Below, one piece after another: positions 32,232 to 42,991 of a DNA stretch of 64,000 nt. Both the position numbers and the translations under genes were made by a program. Origin of the DNA: Christensenellaceae bacterium (GTDB lineage: Bacteria > Bacillota > Clostridia > Christensenellales > DTU072); the NCBI GenBank assembly GCA_031259085.1, contig JAIRMA010000004.1, forward strand, positions 41,088 through 105,087, given 5' to 3'. Positions within the stretch are counted from its first letter, which is position 1. Every line of letters begins with the position of its first letter. Below the pieces are notes generated by a model, which was not told the DNA's origin, made no database searches, and saw only the letters and a list, made by a program, of their open reading frames with translations.

Positions 32232-32916
32232 TATATTAGAAGCTGTTTTTTTTGCAGCTGGCGATGGCATTGAATTAAAAGAATTTTACATAGCCTTAGC
32301 CAGTACATATTCAAAAAAAGAAATTGACAACGCCGTGGCGGAGCTACTGCAGAAATATTCTGGAAGTAATGGAATTCATCTTATAAGAACTCGAAATCTT
32401 TATCAGTTCCAATCAAACCCAGAATACGGAGTTACCGTAGCAGACATACTACAAGAAGTACGGGAACGTGAATTATCTAAGACTTTATTACAAGGGCTTT
32501 CTATAATTGCATATAAACAACCAATAACACATAAAGAAATAAACAGCGTGCGTGGCGTTTATAAATCAGATCGCATAATAGCTATGCTGTTGCGTCTTAA
32601 CCTTATTAAGCGTTCAAGAGATTCCCACAGATCTGCTTATGAATATACTACGACTGATGAGTTTTTGAAAAAGTTTGGACTTAAGGATCTCACCGAATTG
32701 CCTGATTATGATGCAATACTTGATAGAGTTAAAGTAAATACAGAAAAACGCAATGCGGACTCACAAAGCTTATTCAGAAGTCGCTCTATATCAGACAACC
32801 CAGAGACAGAAGAACTTATTTCTAAATTAATTAAAGAAAGTGGTGGAGTTACTGAAGAAGACTTAGAAGAAGATTCCTACGACGACGTGGCCGCCGATGA
32901 ATCTGAGGAAGACTAA
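32221..32916 (+). CDS. scpB: segregation and condensation protein B (ScpB)
   Basis: ILEAVFFAAGDG start signature and SIIAYKQPITHKEINSVRGV. Start reassigned to ATG 32221, which overlaps the scpA stop (ATGTTGAATAA). Confidence 0.8.
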   Translation: MLNNILEAVFFAAGDGIELKEFYIALASTYSKKEIDNAVAELLQKYSGSNGIHLIRTRNLYQFQSNPEYGVTVADILQEVRERELSKTLLQGLSIIAYKQPITHKEINSVRGVYKSDRIIAMLLRLNLIKRSRDSHRSAYEYTTTDEFLKKFGLKDLTELPDYDAILDRVKVNTEKRNADSQSLFRSRSISDNPETEELISKLIKESGGVTEEDLEEDSYDDVAADESEED

Positions 32917-32987
32917 TTAATTATATGAAAACTAAACGATATTTTCAAGAATTTCTTTGATTTAAAATTTGTTTTTATGAGTTACTA

Positions 32988-33016
32988 TTGACTCAATATT
33001 TGATACAGTATATAAT
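32988..33016 (+). promoter_or_regulatory. near-consensus promoter abutting the 33023 ORF
   Basis: TTGACT (32988-32993), 17-nt spacer, TATAAT (33011-33016). The GTG at 33023 lies 7 nt downstream of the -10 box. Confidence 0.5.
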
Positions 33017-33022
33017 ATTCTA

Positions 33023-34498
33023 GTGACTACTACAAAGCCAAAAAGCAGCAAGACAGCAAATTTCTTGTTTATAATTGTTCTGACACTCATATTTTTGGGG
33101 CTGTTGACCACGACCCTAATTTTAACCGTTGATAATGAGACTCCTAACAACAGCAAAATTACTGCTGATGATTTGAATTCGTATCAAATAATCTACTCAC
33201 GTGACACTGAAAATTATTTTAAGGAAAGTTACAAGGCCTATATTAAGACCTGGGTTTCTGATGACTATGATGTCTATATTGATTACATAAATATTGATAA
33301 TCTTGGAGCTTCTGCCATTTTAACCGCGTTCAAAGTTGCGCAAATAAGCACTGATAAGGTTAATGCCATTTCCCGATATCTCAGAAAAGAGCGTTCCCCT
33401 CAGGAATTTTTAAACACCCTCATTGATCAAATTGCAAGGCCTGTTTTAGATGATAACAATGAACCTGTTCTAGACGACGATGGTAATGCAGTTTTTGAAA
33501 CAGACGCTACTTTAGACCTTTTTACTATTATTCTATACAACATCGGAATTCCTCAACTCGCTGAAGAATTAATTTATGAAACAGGCATCACCGCTTTTGA
33601 GTTTGGCAAATTTGTTTTTGAATTATCTTATTTATCTTTTAACGATGACTCTGTCGAAAAATCTCTATTAATGGAAATTGGGCGAGATTATTTTTCTTAT
33701 CTGATTTCTGATATAGCCAATATCTATATGACTATGCGTGAAATCTCAAATGCTACAAGCTTAACATATGCTGACGGGCGAGTATTGAGAGAAACTCTTT
33801 TCGAGCAGGGTGCGCGATTAAGGCTTTTCTTAGATGCTTTTGGGGCTGAAAAACTCGAATTATTGCTAGGCATCGGTTCTGAACTTTTAAGTGCCTCCAA
33901 TGATAATGATTTTGGATTAACTGACGCTGAGACCCATGCCATAAATGGCCTCTCCGTAGCGTTACTAGGTTCATTCGATTTGATTCTCAAAATTATAGCA
34001 GACCTGTTTATAACTATCCCTAATTCCTTTTTTGACACAACAATCGACTATATTAATGACAATCAAGAAGCCAATTTTTTATATTCATCACTCATAATGA
34101 TTAGAACATTAAATGCGAGTATTGAAAAAACCCTCGCAGAATCTGAATTATCAGTTTTACAAGTGGCCAATATGTATTCTGAGATTTTAGCTTACATTGA
34201 CATATTGGAATCTGATGATTTTGAATTTAATCAGTCCTCTTTTGAAGAAAATAAAGTTAGTGAGGCAAATCTTCTTGTAAACCTTTACTCCCTATCTATT
34301 TCAATTGCTGTTGGCAACTATTCAAACATCTCTAGTGTAAGCGATATATTAAACTGTGATTCTAGTACCTTAGCTAGTCTTAAAAGTGATATATCACAAT
34401 TCCAATATTTATTAACGCGGTCCAGTAAAGGAATTGAATCTGCTTTCACTATCCTTTGTTTTGGACTGTTTGTTAAATTAATTAATCAATTCCAATAG
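33023..34498 (+). CDS. hypothetical membrane-anchored protein (single N-terminal TM, large helical ectodomain)
   Basis: 491 aa. The TM segment is FLFIIVLTLIFLGLLTTTLILTV. No recognisable motif. Immediately upstream of the ABC ATPase, with a 9-nt gap. Confidence 0.5.
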   Translation: MTTTKPKSSKTANFLFIIVLTLIFLGLLTTTLILTVDNETPNNSKITADDLNSYQIIYSRDTENYFKESYKAYIKTWVSDDYDVYIDYINIDNLGASAILTAFKVAQISTDKVNAISRYLRKERSPQEFLNTLIDQIARPVLDDNNEPVLDDDGNAVFETDATLDLFTIILYNIGIPQLAEELIYETGITAFEFGKFVFELSYLSFNDDSVEKSLLMEIGRDYFSYLISDIANIYMTMREISNATSLTYADGRVLRETLFEQGARLRLFLDAFGAEKLELLLGIGSELLSASNDNDFGLTDAETHAINGLSVALLGSFDLILKIIADLFITIPNSFFDTTIDYINDNQEANFLYSSLIMIRTLNASIEKTLAESELSVLQVANMYSEILAYIDILESDDFEFNQSSFEENKVSEANLLVNLYSLSISIAVGNYSNISSVSDILNCDSSTLASLKSDISQFQYLLTRSSKGIESAFTILCFGLFVKLINQFQ

Positions 34499-34507
34499 GA
34501 GAGGCAA

Positions 34508-35206
34508 ATGTCTTTATTAAGTGCCGTAAGTTTAATTAAAAAATTTGGCGCGTCCACTATTTTAGATAATATCTCACTTACAGTAAATGATGGTGATTTT
34601 GTATCTATAACTGGAGCATCTGGCTCTGGAAAATCTACTCTGTTAACAATACTCGGAGGAATTGATAAGCCCACCTCTGGGGAAGTATTTATCGATGGCA
34701 TTGACATAGTGAAAATGAAGGAACCTGAACTTGCTATCCTTCGTAGATCTGTTGTAGGTTTCGTCTTTCAATTTTTTAATTTGGCTCCTTATTTGACAGT
34801 GCGTGAAAATATATTATTGCCAATTATACTTGCTAAAAAATCCCAAAAATTGTTTACTGAAAAACTAACTACTCTTTGCGAATATTTAGGGATTACTGCA
34901 CACTTGAACAAACTACCAGACAAATTATCAGGGGGGGAACAACAGCGAGTCGCAATTGCTCGTGGTCTTATATTTGAACCCAAAATCATTTTAATGGACG
35001 AGCCTACTGGGAATTTGGACAGCAAAACAGGTAGCGAAATAATGCAACTATTATTAAGAATTAATAAAGACCTTAATACCACCATTATACAGGTGACACA
35101 TAGTGAAAAGAATGCAAATTTTGCAAATCGTATCATCAATATTATCGATGGAAAGATAACTGAGACAATTCCAAAGGATAAAAGTGACGATGAACATACT
35201 GCTTAA
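34508..35206 (+). CDS. ABC transporter ATP-binding protein (MacB/LolD/FtsE-like)
   Basis: Walker A GASGSGKST, signature LSGGEQQRVAIARG, Walker B ILMDEPTGNLD. Confidence 0.9.
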   Translation: MSLLSAVSLIKKFGASTILDNISLTVNDGDFVSITGASGSGKSTLLTILGGIDKPTSGEVFIDGIDIVKMKEPELAILRRSVVGFVFQFFNLAPYLTVRENILLPIILAKKSQKLFTEKLTTLCEYLGITAHLNKLPDKLSGGEQQRVAIARGLIFEPKIILMDEPTGNLDSKTGSEIMQLLLRINKDLNTTIIQVTHSEKNANFANRIINIIDGKITETIPKDKSDDEHTA

Positions 35207-37745
35207 GCACACACTTAGAAGTATTCTTAAGAGCAAAGGGCAAGCATTAATGATTATATTTACCATTGTAATTATCTCCGTTATGCTTTTTATCTCTTTC
35301 TCGATGTCAGATATCTTTTATAACATAAACATTGCTGAATATTCAAGGCCTGCCCAAGGCGCCGACATGCTACTAACATCTGGCATAAATGGTGAGACCT
35401 TTAGTAAAACACATATAGAAAAACTCATCGATACAGATGATAATGTCACTATCGAATATTTTTTAAGATTTGATTCTGTGCTTAAAACTGAAAATGAATC
35501 AAAAATTATTCTAGTTGAGGCTGTGGACCTTCCCGCGTATTTAAATAATCATGACCTTGAGTATGTTGATAAATGGGAGGGCTCAACATCAATAATTTCC
35601 GATACGCCAACCCTTGAATATTATCCTGTCGTGTTAGGGGAATCATTTGCGGCAAAAGCCAATATCCTAGCTGGGGATGCGATTGAGATCTATCTACCTA
35701 CGTACGATATGTATGCTAAATTGGTCGTTCTTTATATCGCTAAAAACACAGGTATATTTTCAGTTAGTGAAGGCATAAATGTATTGTTAGATTTTTCTGC
35801 GGTCGGTGTCACTGGCTCAATTAATGCCGCATATTTTGAATTTTCTGATCAAACACTATATTCTAAATACGAGTCGATTTTTGAAGATGCATTCCCTGCT
35901 TTAACAATAGAAGAAGGTGATCGCTCAACCTATGCTAAAAGCATCGCAATGAACAATACTTTGCTGTTTGTAGCTGGGCTTGTATTTATAATAGCTGTTA
36001 TGATGCTAATCCAATTATCTTCTTATTTAGTAATTGCAAGAAAACGCATGTCCGAAATGGTCATATTTAAAGCATCAGGAGCTGTTCCATCACAAGTTGC
36101 TATGATTATGTTAATCGAAGTAATAATATATGCGCTAATAGGTGTTTTAATTGGTCTTACAATAGGCAGACTTGTAATGGAAATTGCGACACGAGCATTG
36201 TTATCAACACAAACAACAATTATAACGTACTCGTTTTGGAAGTTTTTATTGAGTGCTCTTTTATCTATTGTTGTATCTATTTTGGCTTGTTTGTCACCAA
36301 TCATAACTACCGCTAAAAAATCAATTCGTGAGCTTGTTGCTGGATCACAACGAAGCATAAAGCCCACTAATATTTATGCATTTATAATTTCCACAATCTT
36401 AGTTATTTCATTGGCAATAATACTTAAATTTGTAACAGGGATTGGCGTTATAATAGTTAGTGTATTTCTAGTACTCGCATCTGCATTATTTATTTATTTG
36501 TCCGTCACACCTATCACTAAATTCATCTGCTATGCTTTTCGTAGAATAAATAATTCTGGTGGTTTTGCTGTTAGTATATTATCTATGTTCAAAAACAAAG
36601 CCTTAAGATCTATAACAGTTCTTTTGTCTACTATTATAGCATTTACCTTTGTTGTAACATCTGTAATAAACGTTGTTAAATTAGCTGTAGTTCCTTACAA
36701 CAGTAGGTTTTTGTCTGACTATGTAATAATAACTTTGCAACAAAGAGATGTTGCTGGCTACGATAGAATCAGAGATTCAATAGCAAGTATTACAGACATT
36801 GACTTCGTTGGTTATTTAAATTTTGGAGTTTTATATCCATCAGGCTATCAAAAGGATGATCTTGATGCCCGTATTAACACATATGGGGCAAGAGACTTCG
36901 AATCCGTCTACATGGTTAGCGAAGGATTGACAATTGAAATGAAAGAACAATGGGATAATACTGATCACCCCGTAATCGTAAATTCCGAATTAATGATTAA
37001 AAATGGATGGGATGTGGGTGACTCTATTAAGTTTTTTCCATCTAGTGAGGACTTCTTAAATTATGATTTTACTTTTATTATAATTGGTGTTGATTATTCG
37101 AGGACTAGCTATGATAGAGTTATGTATGTTAAAATATCGGATTTTTCAATGATGCATGATTCCACTATGTTTTTAGTAACAATAAATCAAAATTTATCAT
37201 ATGAGGATGAACTTCTTTTGTTTTTAACGGTACGCGATGAAGCTGAAAATGCTGCATCTGATAATACTAAAGTTGGACAAATTTATTCTCTCAGGTATGA
37301 TGAATGGGCATATGCGGGAGCGGCAGACACCTCTAAAGGCGTCAGTGGTTTGTTGCTACTGCTACAAATTGCCATATATTTGATTAGCATATTGGGAATT
37401 ATCAATGTGTCAATTGTAGCAATATCCGACAGAAAACAAGAGATTTTATCATATAAATTAGCTGGCATGTCACAAAAAGATTCTTTTATGTTTTCTTTAG
37501 GAGAGAGCGTATCTATTTCAATTACTGCTTCATTTATTGGCTATATTCTAATGTTCATTATCAATAGCTTGCTACCTTCTATGAGTGCATTAGTAGGAAA
37601 ATATGTTGACTTTGGAATTTTACCTAGTATTACTAGCTTGTTTGGATTTCTCATAAGTTTCGTGTTCGTCGGAGTTTGGCTTTCTGTGTCATATATTAAT
37701 AGCAAAACAACGCGATTAAATTCTATCAATGAGCGTCTTTTCTGA
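35184..37745 (+). CDS. ABC transporter permease with duplicated FtsX-like domains
   Basis: 853 aa with two blocks of TM helices, each preceded by a large extracytoplasmic region. Overlaps the ATPase gene end. The likely start is ATG 35190 (MNILLKHTLRS). Confidence 0.8.
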   Translation: MTMNILLKHTLRSILKSKGQALMIIFTIVIISVMLFISFSMSDIFYNINIAEYSRPAQGADMLLTSGINGETFSKTHIEKLIDTDDNVTIEYFLRFDSVLKTENESKIILVEAVDLPAYLNNHDLEYVDKWEGSTSIISDTPTLEYYPVVLGESFAAKANILAGDAIEIYLPTYDMYAKLVVLYIAKNTGIFSVSEGINVLLDFSAVGVTGSINAAYFEFSDQTLYSKYESIFEDAFPALTIEEGDRSTYAKSIAMNNTLLFVAGLVFIIAVMMLIQLSSYLVIARKRMSEMVIFKASGAVPSQVAMIMLIEVIIYALIGVLIGLTIGRLVMEIATRALLSTQTTIITYSFWKFLLSALLSIVVSILACLSPIITTAKKSIRELVAGSQRSIKPTNIYAFIISTILVISLAIILKFVTGIGVIIVSVFLVLASALFIYLSVTPITKFICYAFRRINNSGGFAVSILSMFKNKALRSITVLLSTIIAFTFVVTSVINVVKLAVVPYNSRFLSDYVIITLQQRDVAGYDRIRDSIASITDIDFVGYLNFGVLYPSGYQKDDLDARINTYGARDFESVYMVSEGLTIEMKEQWDNTDHPVIVNSELMIKNGWDVGDSIKFFPSSEDFLNYDFTFIIIGVDYSRTSYDRVMYVKISDFSMMHDSTMFLVTINQNLSYEDELLLFLTVRDEAENAASDNTKVGQIYSLRYDEWAYAGAADTSKGVSGLLLLLQIAIYLISILGIINVSIVAISDRKQEILSYKLAGMSQKDSFMFSLGESVSISITASFIGYILMFIINSLLPSMSALVGKYVDFGILPSITSLFGFLISFVFVGVWLSVSYINSKTTRLNSINERLF

Positions 37746-38365
37746 TAATGATTTAACCTATGTCAATATAGGATTGCAATCTAACAGTTATACAAATTTC
37801 AGACAAAATGAACTGCCTATACACAAAATTGTTGAGAAACGTCATTAACACAGACTCCAATGAATGTGTTCGACTTAAATTAAGTTATTTTATGAGATTT
37901 ATCTTTGATGTGAACCCACTCAAACTAAAGAGACTTTAAAGGTCTGTTTCTATTATATTTGTAACAGATTGTAACTCGTTTAATCTAAACACAGTCAAAT
38001 GTATGTACAGGAAATATGGCTGAATTTGCGCAATTTATAATACATAAAATCGATATATGCTAGTTTTATTAACTGAAAAATAAAAGATAAACGGCGTCAA
38101 GAAATTTCACTAAACTATATATTGACGTCTCTTTTTGTGATATTACAAAGCAATTTTTACAAAAACCAATGCTTTTGAATCAGGCTTAGCTAATTTCTTA
38201 TCATTTTCTTGACTATTGATTATAAATATTTTATAATAACTTGCTTATAAAACAGCAAGAATTAAATACAATATAGGTATAAGAGGTGTTTTTACATCTT
38301 ATGTATCTAAATGGCATAAAATTATAAAGGAAACTCTTTTTTTTTGTGCATAGATAAGGAGTGCT

Positions 38366-39082
38366 TTGATTCCATCTGATAAAATTGGCTTTCTAATTGC
38401 CTTAAGGAAAGAGGCCTCTACATTGATTGAAATGATGACTGATCGTCGAGAATCTAAAATTGGCAGGCTTGTATTCTATCAAGGTAAAATTGTCGGCGTT
38501 GATGCAGTAATTGTTATAACTGGCGTAGGTAAAGTATTAGCGGCCTCTGCAGCTAGTAGACTAATAGATCATTTTGAACCGTCTCTTTTGATTTCAACTG
38601 GGGTGGCTGGTGGCTTATATGACTGTAAAGTCTTAGACGTGGTGATTGCATCATCTGTGTCACAACACGATTTCGATTGTACTCCACTAGGTGAACGATA
38701 TGGTTTAATGCCTGATATCAATTTAATTTCAATCCCAACATGTGAGGAAGCCCTAAAAATATTAAAAACTGTATTACCAAACGCGATAATTGGGAATGTT
38801 TCATCTGGAGATCAATTCGTATCATCTAATGCTAAACGTGAATTCATATCAAAAACTTTTTCTGCAATTGCTTGTGACATGGAATGCGGGGCAATTGGTC
38901 AAATTGCTGCTCTAGAAAAGATTCCTTTTATCGCTATCAAAATCATTTCTGATAATGCTGATGAATCTGCTTCTATCTCTTTTGATGCTTTTATAGACAA
39001 AGCAGCAGAAATAAATGTTGCGGCAATCACAAATTCGATTAGACAACTTTCAACGATTAATTACAAAAACATTAGGAAATAA
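38366..39082 (+). CDS. mtnN: 5'-methylthioadenosine/S-adenosylhomocysteine nucleosidase
   Basis: 238 aa with the Pfs-type blocks ITGVGKVLAA, STGVAGGL, SGDQFV and DMECGAIGQIA. TTG start after AAGGAG. Confidence 0.85.
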   Translation: MIPSDKIGFLIALRKEASTLIEMMTDRRESKIGRLVFYQGKIVGVDAVIVITGVGKVLAASAASRLIDHFEPSLLISTGVAGGLYDCKVLDVVIASSVSQHDFDCTPLGERYGLMPDINLISIPTCEEALKILKTVLPNAIIGNVSSGDQFVSSNAKREFISKTFSAIACDMECGAIGQIAALEKIPFIAIKIISDNADESASISFDAFIDKAAEINVAAITNSIRQLSTINYKNIRK

Positions 39083-39084
39083 CT

Positions 39085-40950
39085 TTGCATAATAAAAACT
39101 ACGATAAAGCAAACATACGATATTATACATTAATTACAGTATTAAAGGACATCTTAGCATTTGCTATAGCTTATATATTGGCATTATTCATTGAGCACAG
39201 TGTCATAAATTTTGAATTAGGTCCTAGATATATATTAGGTTGGATTGCAATCATTACGACTATAACCTTTCTTTTCATCACCAAAAATTACAGAGTAATA
39301 TGGCGTTATGCTGGCACTTCTGAGGTGTTAAATGTTATACTAGCGCATTTTTTAACTGGGATTTTTTTGTTGCTAATAAATTCCATTTTTGACTTCTTTT
39401 CTGTTTCAATCGCTTTGATAATATTATATTCTTTTTTTGCATTGTCCTTTTCTGTTTTGCTCCGTTTTTATCGATCCATTTTTACCACACTCTACAGAAA
39501 AATTTCTGACACGAACCCACATCCTTTAACTAACCTTATCATTTATGGAGCAGGTTTTACAGGATCCACTTTAGCTAAGCGTCTAATTCACAACTCTGAT
39601 GAGGGTTATAATCCTGTTGCATTTTTAGATGATGATCCTAAAAAGGTTAAACAAACTATTGCGGGATTAAGAGTTGTAGGTGGTAAAGAGAGCATAAGTG
39701 ACACTATGCATAAATATCATGCTTCTACAATAGCAATAGCAATAAACAATATTAATCGTGAACAACTTCGCAATATATATATAGCTTGCATGAATGCTTA
39801 TGCGACTATTAAAGTTGTTTCAAAAATGAGTGACGCTACAGACACTTTCAATACTGATGCTATATCATTAAAAAATATTAATATTGAAGACCTACTGCAT
39901 CGCCCTGAACATAAATTAGACGTGTCATTGATAAATTCTTTAGTGAAAAATAAAATCATAATGGTAACAGGTGGGGCTGGATCCATTGGTAGTGAATTAT
40001 GTAGGCAAGCCCTAGAATACGGTTGCAAAAATTTGATTGTGTATGACCACTTCGAGAATGGTATATTTGAACTAAATGAAGAATTTATACGAAAATATGA
40101 TACATCTTCTTATTCCCTAATAATTGGGACAATTAAAGATCGTGAGAAACTTAGAGCTACTATGGAGCGATTTAGGCCTGATGTCGTGTTTCATGCGGCA
40201 GCTTATAAACATGTACCTTTAATGGAATCCAATGTGGATGAGGCAATTAAAAATAATGTGTTCGGCACAAATAATGTTATAGAGCAATGCATTGAGAGTG
40301 GTGTCAGCAAGTTTATACTTGTGTCAACTGATAAAGCTGTAAATCCAGCAAATATTATGGGCGCAAGCAAGAGACTAGCAGAATTAATCGTTCAAAGCAA
40401 AACAACTGATACATGTAATACAATCTTCTCTGCAGTAAGATTTGGTAATGTGTTAGGATCTAGTGGGAGTGTTATACCAACCTTTATAAAACAGATCAAT
40501 GCTGGGGGACCTGTAACCGTCACACACAGGAATATGAAGAGGTATTTCATGACAATTCCAGAGGCCGTAAAACTGGTGCTTCAAGCTGGAGCTCTAGCTA
40601 ACGGTGGTGAAGTTTTTGTCTTGGACATGGGAGACCCTGTATTCGTATATGACCTCGCAACCGATTTAATAAGACTCAGTGGAATGGTGCCAGGAAAGGA
40701 CATAAAAATATTAATAACGGGACTAAGGCCTGGCGAAAAACTTTTTGAGGAATTGCGATTCAATAATGAAGACGTTGACCATACTACACATAGTGGAATA
40801 TTTATCTGTAAGCTTGAATCTGTCAATTTAGAATTACTAAAAACCACACTAGATAAACTACAAAGGGCAATAATTACTTATAATTTAAGCGCGGAAGAAA
40901 TAGAACGAATTATTTTTGAAATAGTGCCAAACACATATAGGAACATTTAG
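39085..40950 (+). CDS. membrane-bound polysaccharide biosynthesis protein, CapD/PglF/WbpM-like nucleotide-sugar 4,6-dehydratase
   Basis: N-terminal TM helices followed by two Rossmann regions (GAGFTGS; GGAGSIGSEL), AAYKHVP and STDKAVNP. Inferred TTG start. Confidence 0.85.
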   Translation: MHNKNYDKANIRYYTLITVLKDILAFAIAYILALFIEHSVINFELGPRYILGWIAIITTITFLFITKNYRVIWRYAGTSEVLNVILAHFLTGIFLLLINSIFDFFSVSIALIILYSFFALSFSVLLRFYRSIFTTLYRKISDTNPHPLTNLIIYGAGFTGSTLAKRLIHNSDEGYNPVAFLDDDPKKVKQTIAGLRVVGGKESISDTMHKYHASTIAIAINNINREQLRNIYIACMNAYATIKVVSKMSDATDTFNTDAISLKNINIEDLLHRPEHKLDVSLINSLVKNKIIMVTGGAGSIGSELCRQALEYGCKNLIVYDHFENGIFELNEEFIRKYDTSSYSLIIGTIKDREKLRATMERFRPDVVFHAAAYKHVPLMESNVDEAIKNNVFGTNNVIEQCIESGVSKFILVSTDKAVNPANIMGASKRLAELIVQSKTTDTCNTIFSAVRFGNVLGSSGSVIPTFIKQINAGGPVTVTHRNMKRYFMTIPEAVKLVLQAGALANGGEVFVLDMGDPVFVYDLATDLIRLSGMVPGKDIKILITGLRPGEKLFEELRFNNEDVDHTTHSGIFICKLESVNLELLKTTLDKLQRAIITYNLSAEEIERIIFEIVPNTYRNI

Positions 40951-41093
40951 TCTAAGTAGTATTATTATAGACAAAAGAATATAATTTACTTTGTAGCCCC
41001 TGTCAAAAATATAGTATCATTTCTTGCATAAACTAGAAATTTAATATATAATTGTAACAATTATATTTATGTTTTTTTGTGAGGAGAAAACTG

Positions 41094-42521
41094 ATGAATC
41101 TTGACGACTTCACTGTAAATAACGATCCAGAGCCAACTCTTACTTCGGATAATGGCGATTTAACATATGGAAGGCTTAAAAAGTTATTAGCAAAATCGGC
41201 GCCTAGAATTCTGCTGTTCTGCGTAACAGTAGCTATTCTTATGTGTTTAGTCACAGCAATTATATTATTCTCTACCACTTCCAATAAACAATATGTCACA
41301 ACAGAAATAACATTTGGATATTCTCAGAGCCAACAAGGGCTTGATCCTTATGGAGCTAATACTCTAGATTTATCACAATTAAAATCAGTGACAGTGATAA
41401 CAAATGCTGTTAATGCCTTAAATGCTAATTTAGATGTTAAAGATAGAATGGATTCTGACAAGTTACAAACATTAATTGAATCTGTTGAAATAGAACAGAT
41501 CATCAAATCGACAGGAGACACAACATCCGATTATCCTGCTTATAAAATCACACTAACTAATCTTAAAAAGCTTGGATTATCAATCAATAACGCGAGCTCG
41601 CTTTTAAACAATATAGTTAATGAATATTTCTCCTACTTCGTTCGCTTGTATTCTGATATACAATATGTCTCAAGCGAGAAAGCTCTTTCTACACAAGAGT
41701 TAACTGATGAGGATATTGATTATGTAGACATAGTCAATAGTTACACACAGGTTATAGATACGATTCATAATCAAATAAAGGCACTAAAGCTTATAGCACC
41801 AACAACATTTAAGTCCACAAAAACAAAAATGAGTTTTGATGACCTCGTTGTGTCATTAGATAACATCTCTGAATCTATAGAAAAAAATTTGAATAATATT
41901 TTGGCAAATTGCGTCAGTAAGGATATCGATCTTTTACTAGGCAGATATGCTCTACAAATTGATGAGTATAAAATCAAATATAACGCCCTAAGCGATACTC
42001 TAGAAAATGGCGGCAAAATAGCTGAGCTGAGGGCACTCCTTGAATCTTTAAATATTGATAATCTTTTGGTTTTAGGTGACTCTAAACTAGATCTTGGAAC
42101 AGGAACAAATCAATCAACTGCGATCAATCATGTGGCTACATTATTAACGGAGGCCATAAATGAACAGACGTCATTAAAATTGAGTATCAGTTTTCTGGAC
42201 TACCAACTCGCTACGTTTACTGCTAATAAAGAATTAGCTTCCTCGGATTCTCATGGTGCTACCACCCAAAAATTAAATGTGTTGCATACTAGCATAGTTA
42301 ATCACGTAAATCTCATTAATTCAACTATAGAAGATTTCTTTTCTAATTATTATTTTAGAGATGTGGTTTATATTTCGCGTGCCATGCAATATTCTTCAGG
42401 TCAAACCTCAACTCTCATATTAATGATTATTATAACTCTCGCGGCCATGTTTTTGGCCACATGTTGTGCAGTTATTATCACCAATCATTACATTAAAAAG
42501 CTAGGAATTCCTTTAAATTAA
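41094..42521 (+). CDS. hypothetical bitopic membrane protein with Wzz/polysaccharide co-polymerase-like topology
   Basis: One TM helix near the N-terminus and one at the extreme C-terminus flank a roughly 380-aa coiled/helical region. Located next to the CapD-like gene. Start set at ATG 41094, after GAGGAG. The call rests on topology and context only. Confidence 0.4.
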   Translation: MNLDDFTVNNDPEPTLTSDNGDLTYGRLKKLLAKSAPRILLFCVTVAILMCLVTAIILFSTTSNKQYVTTEITFGYSQSQQGLDPYGANTLDLSQLKSVTVITNAVNALNANLDVKDRMDSDKLQTLIESVEIEQIIKSTGDTTSDYPAYKITLTNLKKLGLSINNASSLLNNIVNEYFSYFVRLYSDIQYVSSEKALSTQELTDEDIDYVDIVNSYTQVIDTIHNQIKALKLIAPTTFKSTKTKMSFDDLVVSLDNISESIEKNLNNILANCVSKDIDLLLGRYALQIDEYKIKYNALSDTLENGGKIAELRALLESLNIDNLLVLGDSKLDLGTGTNQSTAINHVATLLTEAINEQTSLKLSISFLDYQLATFTANKELASSDSHGATTQKLNVLHTSIVNHVNLINSTIEDFFSNYYFRDVVYISRAMQYSSGQTSTLILMIIITLAAMFLATCCAVIITNHYIKKLGIPLN

Positions 42522-42808
42522 TGATAAAACACATAGTTCTATACAAATTGAAAAATCCTGATTTAGACACAGAAAAAACAGTCGATGTCTTAAGATCGAT
42601 GGTAGGTCGCGTGCCGCAAATAATTGAATTAGAAACAGGGATCGATTTTCTAAAATCAGAAAGATCTTATGATGTTGCCTTGACAGTAATTGTGAATGAC
42701 ATTTCAGAGCTAAATCTTTATCAACTAGATCAATATCATTGCTCCGTAGTTAAACCATTTATGCATAGTGTTAGATCAGCAAGTGTCGCTATTGATTACG
42801 AAATTTAG
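42521..42808 (+). CDS. Dabb (stress-responsive A/B barrel) domain protein
   Basis: 95 aa. The MIKHIVLYKLK start and length are typical of the Dabb family. The ATG overlaps the upstream stop (TAATG). Confidence 0.7.
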   Translation: MIKHIVLYKLKNPDLDTEKTVDVLRSMVGRVPQIIELETGIDFLKSERSYDVALTVIVNDISELNLYQLDQYHCSVVKPFMHSVRSASVAIDYEI

Positions 42809-42991
42809 CTTTGATTATTTATATATAGTATTTATTCACTGCGTGATACATATATAGTTGTAAATGGGTTTTGGTTTATTATCATATATTCTGATTGCAT
42901 TCATTAATAAATCATTAGAATAATATAAAACTTGAATTTACATGCTAAAATATTATTTTTTAGAGAATGTACCATCTGAAAAAGGAGTCTT

